This document shows positions 1 to 9,172 of a DNA stretch of 64,000 nucleotides, piece by piece. Both the position numbers and the translations under genes were made by a program. The notes beneath the pieces are model-generated. The model was not told the DNA's origin, made no database searches, and saw only the letters and a list, made by a program, of their open reading frames with translations. Within the stretch, counting starts at the first letter, position 1, and each line of letters starts with the position of its first letter. The DNA lies in contig CP064989.1 of assembly GCA_016699875.1 (NCBI GenBank), positions 520,788 through 584,787 on the forward strand, read 5' to 3'. The DNA comes from Candidatus Moraniibacteriota bacterium (GTDB lineage Bacteria; Patescibacteriota; Minisyncoccia; Moranbacterales; UBA1568).

Positions 1-136
1 TGTCCCACTCAAGCATGTCGAAGTTGTCGAGCATGTCCCCGACTGCGTTGTTCCACTCGAATCCTTTCCGGAGCACGTCGTCATAGCAGAGGTTGACTTG
101 CAGCACTTTCCCTTTGTTATCGTGAGAGATGCACAC
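1..136 (-). CDS. Partial hypothetical protein; 5' end (possible GTG start at 134-136) with the gene running off the left edge of the window
   Basis: Minus-strand frame reads ...VCISHDNKGKVLQVNLCYDDVLRKGFEWNNAVGDMLDNFDMLEWD... with protein-like composition; no ATG, start uncertain; not in supplied ORF track because truncated. Confidence 0.25.
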   Translation of the reverse strand, partial: MCISHDNKGKVLQVNLCYDDVLRKGFEWNNAVGDMLDNFDMLEWD

Positions 137-531
137 TGCGAATCGCTTCCGGATACCGCCGTATCACTGCTTACGCAAGCATCTTTACACGTTCCCTCTC
201 CACTTGTGCCACAATAAAACGTTGTCGTATTCGGAATACAACAATCCCACAATCCAACGCCGCCCGTCGAACAGGCACCCGTCGAATCATCTTTCGAAAG
301 TTCATCAGTATTGCATCCCGCGGTATTCGTCCGGCATTCGCCTGAATACGACTTCCCGGTCGAAGAATCACTGAATGTGCAACTCGCCGCAAATGTAGGC
401 GAGGATATCAAAAAGAAAACGAGAAGCAAAAACCCTCCAAACAATTCAGGAAAAAATGGTACGAATTTTTTCAAGAGAATCATACAGAGAAATCAAACTC
501 ATTCAAGCAACCAATCACATTCAAATCTCAT

Positions 532-1962
532 CTATTTCCTCTCCACCTGCCCGATACGACTTTCAGCGATCGAGAGCGCCTGATTTACAGTCGCCTCGCC
601 CAGATTAACCGACGTGATCATATCTCCCAAGATCTTCTCGATACTTTCGGGATCCGACTGCTTCCAGTTTCGCGCGATAAGATTGCCATCCGCAAAAGGG
701 CCGAGCACCGGATCGGTTTTCTGCTTCTCTACGAGGTCGCGCCGAGCAGCCGGAGCACCGGTCTTCGCAAGATACGCCGCCGCCGGATCAAATGCACTCT
801 GAAAATCCTTAGCATTTCCCGTTATTGCATTCTCCAGATGAACCGTCCCTGTCGGAGGAAATGACGCGTACTTCAAGAACTGCCACGATTCGAATATTCG
901 AATTTTGTCAAAAAGAGCTGTGTCTTGCGTTCCCTCAGGTGCAGTCTTGTTCTTTGCCACCACAAACCCCCAGTAGTTCGGAAAGTTAAAAGGTTGCGCG
1001 CCGGTTGACTGTGGCAGTGGCGAAACCGCGAAATTCAGTTTCGAGTTCTTCCGCTTGATGGTATCGAAATGCCACGAATAATTAATCATCATCCCCGCCG
1101 TCCCCTCATAGAAGGAATCGATGGAGTAGTGCATACGCGGATTCCACGTATAGAGCGACGAAGTCGGATTGGCAAACTGCGTATAGAACGAAAGTGCATT
1201 GGCACCGGCAGCAGCATTCAAGCGGAGATCACGTACATTCCCTCGCGGCACCAAGACACCATTTTGCAAGAAGAGCGCTGAGAGCACATCGGTCGATCGA
1301 TTGATATTTGTCGCCGTTCCAAGCGCCGCGCCAGACTGCGTAATCTCACCGAACGAATTGATACGGGTAAGCAGGCGAACATCATCCTGAAACTGGTCCC
1401 AGGTGACCGGAGGCGCCGTGATACCCGCCGCCGCCAAGAGATCTTTGTTATAGTACAGCGCGAGCGAATCCGCCGAAAGAACGACGCCCGATATTTTCCC
1501 GTCATCCGTCACAAAATCATCGCCCACCGTGTCGACGAAAGCATTCCGATAACTTCGCTCGTCGATCATGGTGTCGGGCGCCGTCACGATCTTGTCGGCA
1601 AACGCCGGCGTCCAAGAGTTTCGAATAAGGAAGATATCGGGGCCATTCCCGGCTGCGAGCGCATCGAGCAAATCCTGCCGATAGGTATCGACCGCAAGCT
1701 TCCGATAGGAAATATTGCCGACATTCGGATTGAGCGTCTTGTACTGACCGATAATCTGCCGAAGCGCTTCCGAATCGTCAAAGATTCCCCATATTTCAAG
1801 GTCTATCTTGTACGTCGTATCAGTCTGGCGCAGTCCGCACCCGGAAAGAGACAGTACTGCCGCCCCCAAAACAAGCCCCGCAACCACCCTTGTCACCACG
1901 CGCCCCATAAACACACTTTTTATTTTTGAAAACCCTTTTTTTCCAGCCTTCTCTCTTTCCAC
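532..1962 (-). CDS. Extracellular solute-binding protein (ABC transporter substrate-binding lipoprotein, family 1-like)
   Basis: 476-aa ORF; N-terminal hydrophobic stretch ending LSLSGC (lipobox-like); overall resemblance to sugar/oligosaccharide SBP fold proteins; start may be internal Met (MGRVV...). Confidence 0.7.
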   Translation of the reverse strand: MEREKAGKKGFSKIKSVFMGRVVTRVVAGLVLGAAVLSLSGCGLRQTDTTYKIDLEIWGIFDDSEALRQIIGQYKTLNPNVGNISYRKLAVDTYRQDLLDALAAGNGPDIFLIRNSWTPAFADKIVTAPDTMIDERSYRNAFVDTVGDDFVTDDGKISGVVLSADSLALYYNKDLLAAAGITAPPVTWDQFQDDVRLLTRINSFGEITQSGAALGTATNINRSTDVLSALFLQNGVLVPRGNVRDLRLNAAAGANALSFYTQFANPTSSLYTWNPRMHYSIDSFYEGTAGMMINYSWHFDTIKRKNSKLNFAVSPLPQSTGAQPFNFPNYWGFVVAKNKTAPEGTQDTALFDKIRIFESWQFLKYASFPPTGTVHLENAITGNAKDFQSAFDPAAAYLAKTGAPAARRDLVEKQKTDPVLGPFADGNLIARNWKQSDPESIEKILGDMITSVNLGEATVNQALSIAESRIGQVERK

Positions 1963-2011
1963 CTTTTCCCACAGTTTCCATTCCCGTTATTCTCGCCCCT
2001 TTTCTCTTCTC

Positions 2012-2038
2012 GTCATTCCCGCGAAGGCGGGAATCCAG
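2012..2038. repeat. REP-like palindromic element copy 1 (gtcattcccgcgaaggcgggaatccag), left terminal inverted repeat of GIY-YIG unit
   Basis: Perfect reverse complement of 2428-2454; internal hairpin ttcccgc-gaag-gcgggaa; translated in spurious ORFs as VIPAKAGIQ / RRRESR. Confidence 0.85.
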
Positions 2039-2100
2039 GTTCCACTCGCTTCCACAGAAACACACACAAGATTTTCCCAACAAGACTCCATTCTCAATTT

Positions 2101-2385
2101 TTACAATTCATCGTATAAATCTCTCCATTTCGGATTCCTTTGTTCAATCAATCGTATTTTCCATGAACGGTTCCATTTCTTCAACTGCCCTTCCCTCTGG
2201 ATAGCTCCAAGAATGCTGTCTCCTTGCTCATAATACACCAGCTTGTTCACGTTATATTTTTCGGTAAATCCGGGAAGGACCTTGTTCTTATGCTCCCACA
2301 TCCTCTTCCTAAGATCGGATGTAACTTCAACATACAATGTTCCATTTCTTTCGCTTGCCAGTATGTACACGCAGGGAGATTTCAT
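2101..2385 (-). CDS. GIY-YIG nuclease family protein (short, URI-domain only)
   Basis: MKSPCVYILASERNGTLYVEVTSDLRKRMWEHKNKV...GFTEKYNVNKLVYYE: canonical GIY...YIG / R / E motifs of the GIY-YIG superfamily; ATG at 2383-2385 chosen because upstream part of the six-frame ORF is the palindromic repeat. Confidence 0.8.
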   Translation of the reverse strand: MKSPCVYILASERNGTLYVEVTSDLRKRMWEHKNKVLPGFTEKYNVNKLVYYEQGDSILGAIQREGQLKKWNRSWKIRLIEQRNPKWRDLYDEL

Positions 2386-2427
2386 GAAACTCAATTCGTC
2401 ATCCGGAAATATCAGCGTCCGCAGAGA

Positions 2428-2454
2428 CTGGATTCCCGCCTTCGCGGGAATGAC
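2428..2454. repeat. REP-like palindromic element copy 2 (inverted relative to copy 1), right terminal inverted repeat of GIY-YIG unit
   Basis: ctggattcccgccttcgcgggaatgac = exact reverse complement of 2012-2038. Confidence 0.85.
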
Positions 2455-2462
2455 AGAAAAGG

Positions 2463-3008
2463 TCACTTCTGGCAGACAAGCGCGTAGTGATAATCCCCCG
2501 CCAATATATCCTTGACCGGAGAAAAACCGCGCTCAGAGAGCATCTCTATCAATTTCTCCCGGGAAATACGGAGCGACGCTTCCGGCCCAAACGACGCCTC
2601 AGAGTCATTCCACTCCATGATAAACAGGAAACCGCCCGACTTCAGCACGCGATAGGCCTCCCAGAGCATCGTTTCCTTGCTTTTGTTCTGAAAGAGCACA
2701 TCTTTCAAAATCACCCAGTCCAGGCTGTTGTCCGGCAAGCCGGACCCGCCTTCGCGTTCCAGATTCACCCGTTTTGTCGTCACATTGGAAAGCCCGAGCG
2801 CCTTGGCACGACTCGCCACCGCCTCAAGCGACGACGGCAAGATATCAAGCGCATACACCGTTCCTGACTTCCCCACCGCCCGCGCAAATGCGAGCGAGAA
2901 AAACCCCGACCCACACCCGAAGTCCGCAACTGACGCGCTCTCCAACGCATCAAGCTGGTCAATCACCTCTTCCGGCTTCACAAAATTATTCGTCAGCGTC
3001 GTTCCCAT
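2463..3008 (-). CDS. Class I SAM-dependent methyltransferase
   Basis: VADFGCGSGFFSLAFA glycine-rich SAM-binding motif I, acidic motif II (VYALDIL), typical ~180 aa small MTase. Confidence 0.8.
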   Translation of the reverse strand: MGTTLTNNFVKPEEVIDQLDALESASVADFGCGSGFFSLAFARAVGKSGTVYALDILPSSLEAVASRAKALGLSNVTTKRVNLEREGGSGLPDNSLDWVILKDVLFQNKSKETMLWEAYRVLKSGGFLFIMEWNDSEASFGPEASLRISREKLIEMLSERGFSPVKDILAGDYHYALVCQK

Positions 3009-3094
3009 AAAGTATTACATGCGTGTTCGAGTTGCAAAAAGAATAGCCTCATTGTACAACAGAAACACCGAGTCAACAAACAAGCCCGGTATTT

Positions 3095-3179
3095 GGAGAG
3101 GTCGCATAGTGGCCGAGTGCACTCGCTTGGAAAGCGGGCATACCGCAAGGTATCGAGGGTTCGAATCCCTCCCTCTCCG
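3095..3179 (+). tRNA. tRNA-Ser (anticodon GGA)
   Basis: Cloverleaf by eye: acceptor GGAGAGG/CCTCTCC, anticodon loop ttGGAaa, long variable arm, T-loop GTTCGAATC, discriminator G. Confidence 0.85.
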
Positions 3180-3260
3180 CATTCATTTCACCAAAGCAAA
3201 CCTGCGACGCGACGAAGTCAGCCAAAGATTGCAAGGCGACATTCGCTATTTCAAAACTCT

Positions 3261-3506
3261 ATGAAAGGCCACACCGTTCCGCTTCCGCCGGATGCGCCGA
3301 AGAAAGGCGAAATATACCGCCACTACAAGGGCGATTCGTACAAAGTGCACGAACTCGCACTACATTCGAATGATGAGGAGTGGATGGTGATATACGAGCC
3401 ACTCTACGAAAACCCCGATGCGCCGCTCTTTACGCGCCCGCTTCGCGAATGGCGCCAAGTCGTCGAATGGAACGGGAATCACGTCGAACGATTCAAAAAA
3501 ATCTGA
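3261..3506 (+). CDS. DUF1653-family small protein
   Basis: MKGHTVPLPPDAPKKGEIYRHYKGDSYKVHELALHSNDEEWMVIYEPLY...: matches the conserved YRHYKG...Y.V...A.HSE core of DUF1653; upstream part of six-frame ORF overlaps tRNA-Ser so start moved to 3261. Confidence 0.7.
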   Translation: MKGHTVPLPPDAPKKGEIYRHYKGDSYKVHELALHSNDEEWMVIYEPLYENPDAPLFTRPLREWRQVVEWNGNHVERFKKI

Positions 3507-3512
3507 ATATTC

Positions 3513-4397
3513 ATGTCCTCTCCCCACAAACACGCCTACGACGCCTTCGGGTCGCATTGGGAAATAACCGTGTGGGACGATATATCATCGTCCCATTTTC
3601 ATGCGATCATAAGGGAAATCCTCGCGCGATCGGAACGATTTGAAGAGAACTTCTCGCGCTTCCGCCCATCATCCTTTGTCTCACGCCTCGCAGAAGAGAA
3701 ACAAACCGGCGATATCGAGGTTCCGGAGCACTTCGTCGCCATGCTCCGGCCATATTTCCAGCTCTACAGCGCAACCGACGGGAAAATCACGCCGCTCATC
3801 GGCCACACCCTCTCCGACCTCGGCTACGACGCAAGCTATTCCCTCACACCGCAAAAGATAGTCCGACTTTCACCCGATCTCTTGGAAACCGTGACCCTAC
3901 TCGACAATACGCATATCGCTGTCAAATACCCTGTTCTCTTCGACTTCGGTGCGATCGGCAAGGGCTATTTTACCGATCGCATCGCCAATTTCTTGCGCGA
4001 AAGTCGCATTCGAAGATTCCTCGTAAACGGAAGTGGCGATATTGTCTATGAAGGGAACAGCGAAACAATACGCGTAGGACTCGAGCATCCGAGCGATCCG
4101 ACACAGGTTGTGGGATCGATCGAAATGATGCAAGGCGCTTTCTGCGCTTCCGGAACCAATCGCCGAAGATGGCGAGATTACCACCATATCGTCGACCCCG
4201 ACACAACCCAATCCCCCGAGCACCTCCTCGCCACCTGGGTCCGCGCCGAAACCGCCGCGACCGCCGATCTCCTCGCCACCGCCCTCTTCCTCACGAATCC
4301 GAACGCGCTTCGAGCAGCCTTCCCTTTCGAATACGCCACTCTCAATCCGGATTTCTCACTCGAACAATCAATCGGTTTTAAAGCAATCACCTATTGA
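3513..4397 (+). CDS. apbE: FAD:protein FMN transferase (ApbE family flavin transferase)
   Basis: 294 aa; conserved ApbE motifs incl. DFGAIGKGY and C-terminal DPDTTQSP region. Confidence 0.85.
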   Translation: MSSPHKHAYDAFGSHWEITVWDDISSSHFHAIIREILARSERFEENFSRFRPSSFVSRLAEEKQTGDIEVPEHFVAMLRPYFQLYSATDGKITPLIGHTLSDLGYDASYSLTPQKIVRLSPDLLETVTLLDNTHIAVKYPVLFDFGAIGKGYFTDRIANFLRESRIRRFLVNGSGDIVYEGNSETIRVGLEHPSDPTQVVGSIEMMQGAFCASGTNRRRWRDYHHIVDPDTTQSPEHLLATWVRAETAATADLLATALFLTNPNALRAAFPFEYATLNPDFSLEQSIGFKAITY

Positions 4398-4454
4398 CAA
4401 AGTATAATATACGCCATACAAATAGAGACAGTTCTTCATATCCGGAGTCATGCC

Positions 4455-4922
4455 ATGCCAAAGAGACTCGAGTATTTTGCTCCACGAGCATTCACGAAAA
4501 GTCCCGTGAGAATCGACTGCCAACTGCCATCCGGGAGGATATTGAGCATTCGCATAAACAAAGTTTACATAGAGAACCAACCCCTGGATGAAAGGCTATC
4601 CCCTTTTGCAAGACGAAACCCCGTCGATAACAATAGCGTATCTCTCAAGCTCTCTCTGTCATTAGCTATAAAAGGAGACTACCACGACAATACGCCAAGA
4701 TATACCTCGATTGAGAAAGCAGTGCGCTTTCCAAAAGACTCAATACAAAACGCATGGAGCGAAGGATTGTACCTGAAAGCCGCATTGCTCAAACATATAA
4801 CATTGGAACCAAACCAACTGAGAATACTCTCTCAAGGAGATACCGTCATTGTCGTGATGCGAGGAACACCTCTGATAAAAATTATGGGTAGCACGTTGGA
4901 AGAAATACCCCAAGCGCGATAA
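4455..4922 (+). CDS. Hypothetical protein
   Basis: 155-aa ORF with GGAG Shine-Dalgarno 8 nt upstream of ATG; AT-richer than flanks; no recognisable domain. Confidence 0.5.
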   Translation: MPKRLEYFAPRAFTKSPVRIDCQLPSGRILSIRINKVYIENQPLDERLSPFARRNPVDNNSVSLKLSLSLAIKGDYHDNTPRYTSIEKAVRFPKDSIQNAWSEGLYLKAALLKHITLEPNQLRILSQGDTVIVVMRGTPLIKIMGSTLEEIPQAR

Positions 4923-4998
4923 ATTTCAGCCACATTACAAAAGACAGACAGGTCAAAACCCTGTCTGTACTTATCTCTACTCAAAATCGTCAGAAATT

Positions 4999-5544
4999 TC
5001 ATCCCTTCGCTTCCTGCTTTATCTTCTCTAGTGCATCCATAAAACCTTTCGGGGTGAGTGAAGAGCCATTCACCACGGCGAGATCAAGGGAATCGATAGA
5101 TTTCCCCACCACCTGCGCGGAAATGCCTTCCCCGAACTTATCCTGCATAAATTTGCTCTTTTCATTTTCGGAGTCCCCCTTGAAGACTACATCGGTCACC
5201 GCGCCGTCCTTCAGAGTGAGCGTCACCTCGACGCTCTCCGGACCGGCAGGCGATGTATAGGCGCCCGACGCCGAATAGGTACCGTCCTTGTATGAAGCAT
5301 CCGTCATCGCTCCCTCCTCCGGCTTCATCAGAGCCTCTCCCGAATTGCTCGACTCCGGCCGGATATCATTCGGAGGCAAGACATCATTCGACCGCCCCAA
5401 GAACCAAGCGATCGCCGCTCCGAAAAGCGCCACAACCGCAATACCGCCAAACAATTTCGATCCGCCCGACGCCATATTCTCGCGCGGTGCCGACGAATTC
5501 CCTTCATCACCCTCGGAGTCTTCTTTTCGCATGTCTTCGCTCAT
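4999..5544 (-). CDS. Membrane-anchored FMN-binding domain protein (likely ApbE substrate)
   Basis: N-terminal TM helix (IAVVALFGAAIAWFLG) then FMN_bind-type domain (DGTYSASGAYTSPAGPESVEVTLTLKDGAVTDVVF...SLTPKGF); start set at MSEDM (5544). Confidence 0.65.
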   Translation of the reverse strand: MSEDMRKEDSEGDEGNSSAPRENMASGGSKLFGGIAVVALFGAAIAWFLGRSNDVLPPNDIRPESSNSGEALMKPEEGAMTDASYKDGTYSASGAYTSPAGPESVEVTLTLKDGAVTDVVFKGDSENEKSKFMQDKFGEGISAQVVGKSIDSLDLAVVNGSSLTPKGFMDALEKIKQEAKG

Positions 5545-5684
5545 AAATATATGTGGTAAGAATAAGGAAACAGACGCGAACGGCAGTATAGCACACAAAA
5601 ACGCCACTCCACAAAAACGCCTTTACAGAGCCACAGGAAAGATGGTACAGTAGTCAAAGACCACTGAAACACAAAGTCTTTTTT

Positions 5685-6239
5685 ATGGGTAGCGTGGCTT
5701 TTCTGTCGACTCCGGGCGCATTGCTCGCTGAAGTTGTCTGCATTGGGTTTCTCTGCCTGATACAGGTATTCCTCATAGTACAGCTCTTTCGCAAGACACG
5801 TCAGCTCGATGAGCGCCAAAAAATGTTCCTTAAAGGAAAGCACGGCGCCGATCTCGAATCGGTTATCGTGCGACATGATCAGGAAATCGGCAATCTCGAC
5901 ACCGAAATACAAGAGCTCTTCGCTCTCGCCGAGCAGATTCGCGAGCTTGCCATGATCGGCATTCACAAAGTCGGCATTGTCCGCTTCAACCCATTCCAGG
6001 ATACGGGAAGCAACCAGAGCTGGAGCATCGCGCTCCTCGACGGAGACACGACCGGTCTCGTTATCTCTTCCCTTCTCTCCCGAGAATCGGCGCGCGTCTA
6101 TGCAAAGCCGGTTGTGCAAGGGCAGGCAAAGGATTTCCCGTTCACCGCCGAAGAAAAGCGCGCCATAGAGCTCGCACAAACCTCCAGAGACCCCAAGAAA
6201 GCACCCGCGACTCCAACGCAGATCCCGACGAAGAAGTAA
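5685..6239 (+). CDS. DUF4446 family protein
   Basis: N-terminal TM segment, conserved RFNPFQDTGSNQSWSIALLD...ISSLLSRESARVYAKP block characteristic of DUF4446; opposite-strand 320-aa ORF judged antisense artefact. Confidence 0.65.
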   Translation: MGSVAFLSTPGALLAEVVCIGFLCLIQVFLIVQLFRKTRQLDERQKMFLKGKHGADLESVIVRHDQEIGNLDTEIQELFALAEQIRELAMIGIHKVGIVRFNPFQDTGSNQSWSIALLDGDTTGLVISSLLSRESARVYAKPVVQGQAKDFPFTAEEKRAIELAQTSRDPKKAPATPTQIPTKK

Positions 6240-6321
6240 AAAACAATCGACAACATTCCAAGCTGTCTCTCCACTTTCGATTTTCGCTTTTTTTGAATCA
6301 ATTTCTAATGTCCCTGTTTTT

Positions 6322-8097
6322 ATGAGCGAGTCCACTCCGACAACCGAGCCAAAGAAAATCGTCAAGATACCGTCTTCCGTCAGCGTCAAACGACTTGCGG
6401 AGATCTTTGGCACACCAGTGTCGACCGTCATTATGGAGCTCATGAAGAACAAAATCCTCGCCACCATCAACGAGGAAATTGACTTTGAAACTGCGAGTAT
6501 CATCGCTCAAGATATGGGTTTTGAAACCGAAGAAGACCTCGAAACAAGCGGCAGCGAGACCTTGACGCTCGAACGACTTATCGAAATTTGCGCTCAAGAA
6601 AAGGCGTCCGGAAAAACGCTCGAGACACGCCCCCCGGTCGTCACCATCTTAGGGCACGTCGACCACGGAAAGACGACACTCCTCGACACCATCCGAAAAA
6701 CCAATGTCGCAAGCAAAGAATCCGGCGGCATCACTCAGGCAATCAGCGCCTACCAAGTCAAGAAGCGAGGCGAGTTTATCACCTTCATCGATACGCCCGG
6801 CCACGAAGCCTTTTCCGCCATGCGCGAACGCGGCGTCGCTCTCGCTGATATTGCTATTCTTGTCATCGCCGCCGACGACGGCGTTCGCCCGCAAACCAAA
6901 GAAGTTATCTCCTATATCCGCGAACACCACATCCCCACCATCGTCGCTATCAACAAAGTCGACAAGCCCGAAGCGAACATACCTCGCGTCAAACAAGAAC
7001 TCGCCGACAACGACATACTCCTCGAAGAGTGGGGTGGCAATTACCCGGCCGTCGAAATCAGCGCCAAGCACGGCAAGAATATCGACAAACTCCTCGAACA
7101 TATCCTCTTGGTTGCCGAAGTCAACGATTTCCAGAGCGACGCGAAGCGCGACGGACTCGCCCTCGTCCTTGAGTCCCACCTCGATCCGCAAAGAGGCCCG
7201 GTTGCAGTCGCCCTCGTCAAAACCGGCACACTCAAAGTAGGGCAAGATGTCACCGTGGGAAGCGCCTATGGCCGCATCCGCCGACTCGAGGATTTTTCCG
7301 GAAAAAGCATCGTCTCCGCACCGCCATCGACACCAGTCCAGCTCTACGGCCTGAGTGCCGCGCCAAACACCAATGATGTCGTACAAGTCGTGAGCAGCAA
7401 GGTTGCCGCCCGCCTCAAGTCTCGCGAACGCATGACTGGCGGCATCACAAAGAAAGACGTGCAGATTATCGCCGATGAAGACGTAAAGAAATTCCCGCTT
7501 CTCATCAAAACCGATGTTCACGGCTCGCTCGAAGCCATCGAACAGATCCTCTCCACAATTCATTCGGATGAGATCGCCCTTGATATTGTCGCCAAAGGCG
7601 TCGGGAGCATCACCGAAAGCGATGTCCGTATCGCCGCAAGCGCCAGCGCGCTCATTGTCGGGTTCAATGTGAACCCAACCCCCGTCGCCGCCCGCATCGC
7701 CGAAACGGCGAATATCGACATCAAAAGCTTCAATATCATCTACAAACTTGTCGAATACGTAAAAGAACAGATCTCTGCTCTCCTCCCGCCCGAAATCATT
7801 CGCACCGACTTGGGCATTCTCTCCGTCCTCGCTATCTTCAAAACCGGCAAACACGATATGATCGTCGGTGGACGCGTAAACGATGGGAAAATCGCGAAGG
7901 GCTCCCAAATCGAAATCAAGCGCGACAGCGAAATCGTCGGCACCGGTCGATTGGCAAACCTCCAGCAGAACAAAAAGAACACCGATGAAGTGGGAAGTGG
8001 CAACGAATGCGGTCTCACCATAGAGACTTCAACCAAAATTCAAGCCGGCGACACCATCCTTTCCTTCCAAGTCGAAGAAAAACGCCGCACACTCTAA
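6322..8097 (+). CDS. infB: Translation initiation factor IF-2 (short form)
   Basis: GTP-binding motifs [24 protein letters not shown]; C-terminal beta-barrel domains; 591 aa. Confidence 0.95.
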   Translation: MSESTPTTEPKKIVKIPSSVSVKRLAEIFGTPVSTVIMELMKNKILATINEEIDFETASIIAQDMGFETEEDLETSGSETLTLERLIEICAQEKASGKTLETRPPVVTILGHVDHGKTTLLDTIRKTNVASKESGGITQAISAYQVKKRGEFITFIDTPGHEAFSAMRERGVALADIAILVIAADDGVRPQTKEVISYIREHHIPTIVAINKVDKPEANIPRVKQELADNDILLEEWGGNYPAVEISAKHGKNIDKLLEHILLVAEVNDFQSDAKRDGLALVLESHLDPQRGPVAVALVKTGTLKVGQDVTVGSAYGRIRRLEDFSGKSIVSAPPSTPVQLYGLSAAPNTNDVVQVVSSKVAARLKSRERMTGGITKKDVQIIADEDVKKFPLLIKTDVHGSLEAIEQILSTIHSDEIALDIVAKGVGSITESDVRIAASASALIVGFNVNPTPVAARIAETANIDIKSFNIIYKLVEYVKEQISALLPPEIIRTDLGILSVLAIFKTGKHDMIVGGRVNDGKIAKGSQIEIKRDSEIVGTGRLANLQQNKKNTDEVGSGNECGLTIETSTKIQAGDTILSFQVEEKRRTL

Positions 8098-8115
8098 CCA
8101 ACCCAATCTCCAAAA

Positions 8116-8160
8116 AAACAACCGCCTCCAGATTCTACCCGGGGCGGTTTTGGTTAGCAA
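8116..8160 (+). terminator. Putative intrinsic terminator downstream of infB
   Basis: aaccgcc...ggcggtt stem followed by ttttgg. Confidence 0.35.
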
Positions 8161-8197
8161 CTGCTCGCTTACTCACTATCTCTATGTGACACAGAAT

Positions 8198-8461
8198 TCA
8201 GTGCAATCGCTTTAAGTGATTCTGCATTTTAGAAATGTCACCCAATAAGTCAAGAACGAGCGGCAAAAGAAGCGCTGTTGAAACAAGCAGAATCACCTCT
8301 GACCATGCTGGCGGCGACACAAGCATAGCAAGCCGTAAGGGAATGCTTGAGAACATACAGAGACATGCCAAGCAGACTAACGCGATACCCCGTACACTCC
8401 GCATTTTCAATCTCCTCACTTCCTGCGCTCGCTGTTCTTGGAAAAGAAGTTCTTCTTTCAT
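8198..8461 (-). CDS. Small hydrophobic membrane protein (possibly the separated C-terminal part of the upstream membrane protein gene)
   Basis: 87 aa with two TM-like segments; lies in the same frame as 8501-9028, separated by a TGA stop plus 13 codons. Confidence 0.3.
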   Translation of the reverse strand: MKEELLFQEQRAQEVRRLKMRSVRGIALVCLACLCMFSSIPLRLAMLVSPPAWSEVILLVSTALLLPLVLDLLGDISKMQNHLKRLH

Positions 8462-8500
8462 GATTGCTTCTCCTCAGAGCTTATTGTTTCTGCCGCCGCA

Positions 8501-9028
8501 TCATCTCGAGCCATTGAGTTCGGAAGAAGCATGCACTCCATCCAATCTTCGACAATCATTAAACATCGAGATGATCACACCGAAGAGACATAGCAAGATA
8601 GATACTGACAAAATCAACCAGACCGAAAATGGCAGAGCATACGAATCAATGCAGACCGGGAGAACTTCCAAAAGAACACACGAGAATGCTTTCTCCCTAA
8701 ATCGCAGTGCCAATAAATCACGCGCCGTTCGCATTTCAATCCCTTCGTGCCATTGGGCGAGTTCCCCACATTCACCAAGCTCTTTTCTGAGTTTCCTTGC
8801 CACTTGAAAATTATCCCAAGCAGCAAACCCACAGAGGAGAAAGGTTACCGCGCAGAGAATTCCTACGAATCGGATCTGAGGGAAAACATCTTGGGCATCG
8901 GAATACTTGAGAATGAGCGTACTCAAAATAAGGAAGCCGCCTCCACCCATGAGGAGTCCGACTTTCAGGGCTCTGCGCATCTGAGCTCGATACAGTACGA
9001 TCTTCCGAACAATGGAATCATCAGACAT
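8501..9028 (-). CDS. Hypothetical integral membrane protein
   Basis: Three hydrophobic helices; start set at MSDDS (ATG 9026-9028, GAGGTG-like SD) because the longer ORF would overlap cca. Confidence 0.4.
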   Translation of the reverse strand: MSDDSIVRKIVLYRAQMRRALKVGLLMGGGGFLILSTLILKYSDAQDVFPQIRFVGILCAVTFLLCGFAAWDNFQVARKLRKELGECGELAQWHEGIEMRTARDLLALRFREKAFSCVLLEVLPVCIDSYALPFSVWLILSVSILLCLFGVIISMFNDCRRLDGVHASSELNGSR

Positions 9029-9172
9029 GACACAAACACCTCTCTCAATAAAGTCCAAAACAAGAATGACCACCCCTCGAAATTTCTCTGTTCGAGGCAC
9101 TTTGTGGTATTTTTTAAACAACTCCGTTTGACTTGTCAATATATCTTGGGTAGTCTGTACTGTCAACTCATT

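Noticed and set aside
3093-3260. N-terminal extension of the DUF1653 ORF
   Set aside because: Overlaps tRNA-Ser; true start moved to ATG 3261
5541-6503. 320-aa minus-strand ORF overlapping the DUF4446 gene and the infB start
   Set aside because: Overlaps two better-supported plus-strand genes; no motif; antisense-like composition
6649-7908. 419-aa minus-strand ORF overlapping infB
   Set aside because: Antisense to a high-confidence infB gene; Asp/Gly/Glu/Phe-rich, low-complexity composition typical of antisense frames of GC-rich coding DNA
8501-8503. Possible UGA-as-sense-codon (alternative genetic code) because a membrane ORF continues in-frame after TGA
   Set aside because: pnp, the peroxiredoxin gene and others terminate cleanly at TGA with proper downstream intergenic sequence; standard code retained
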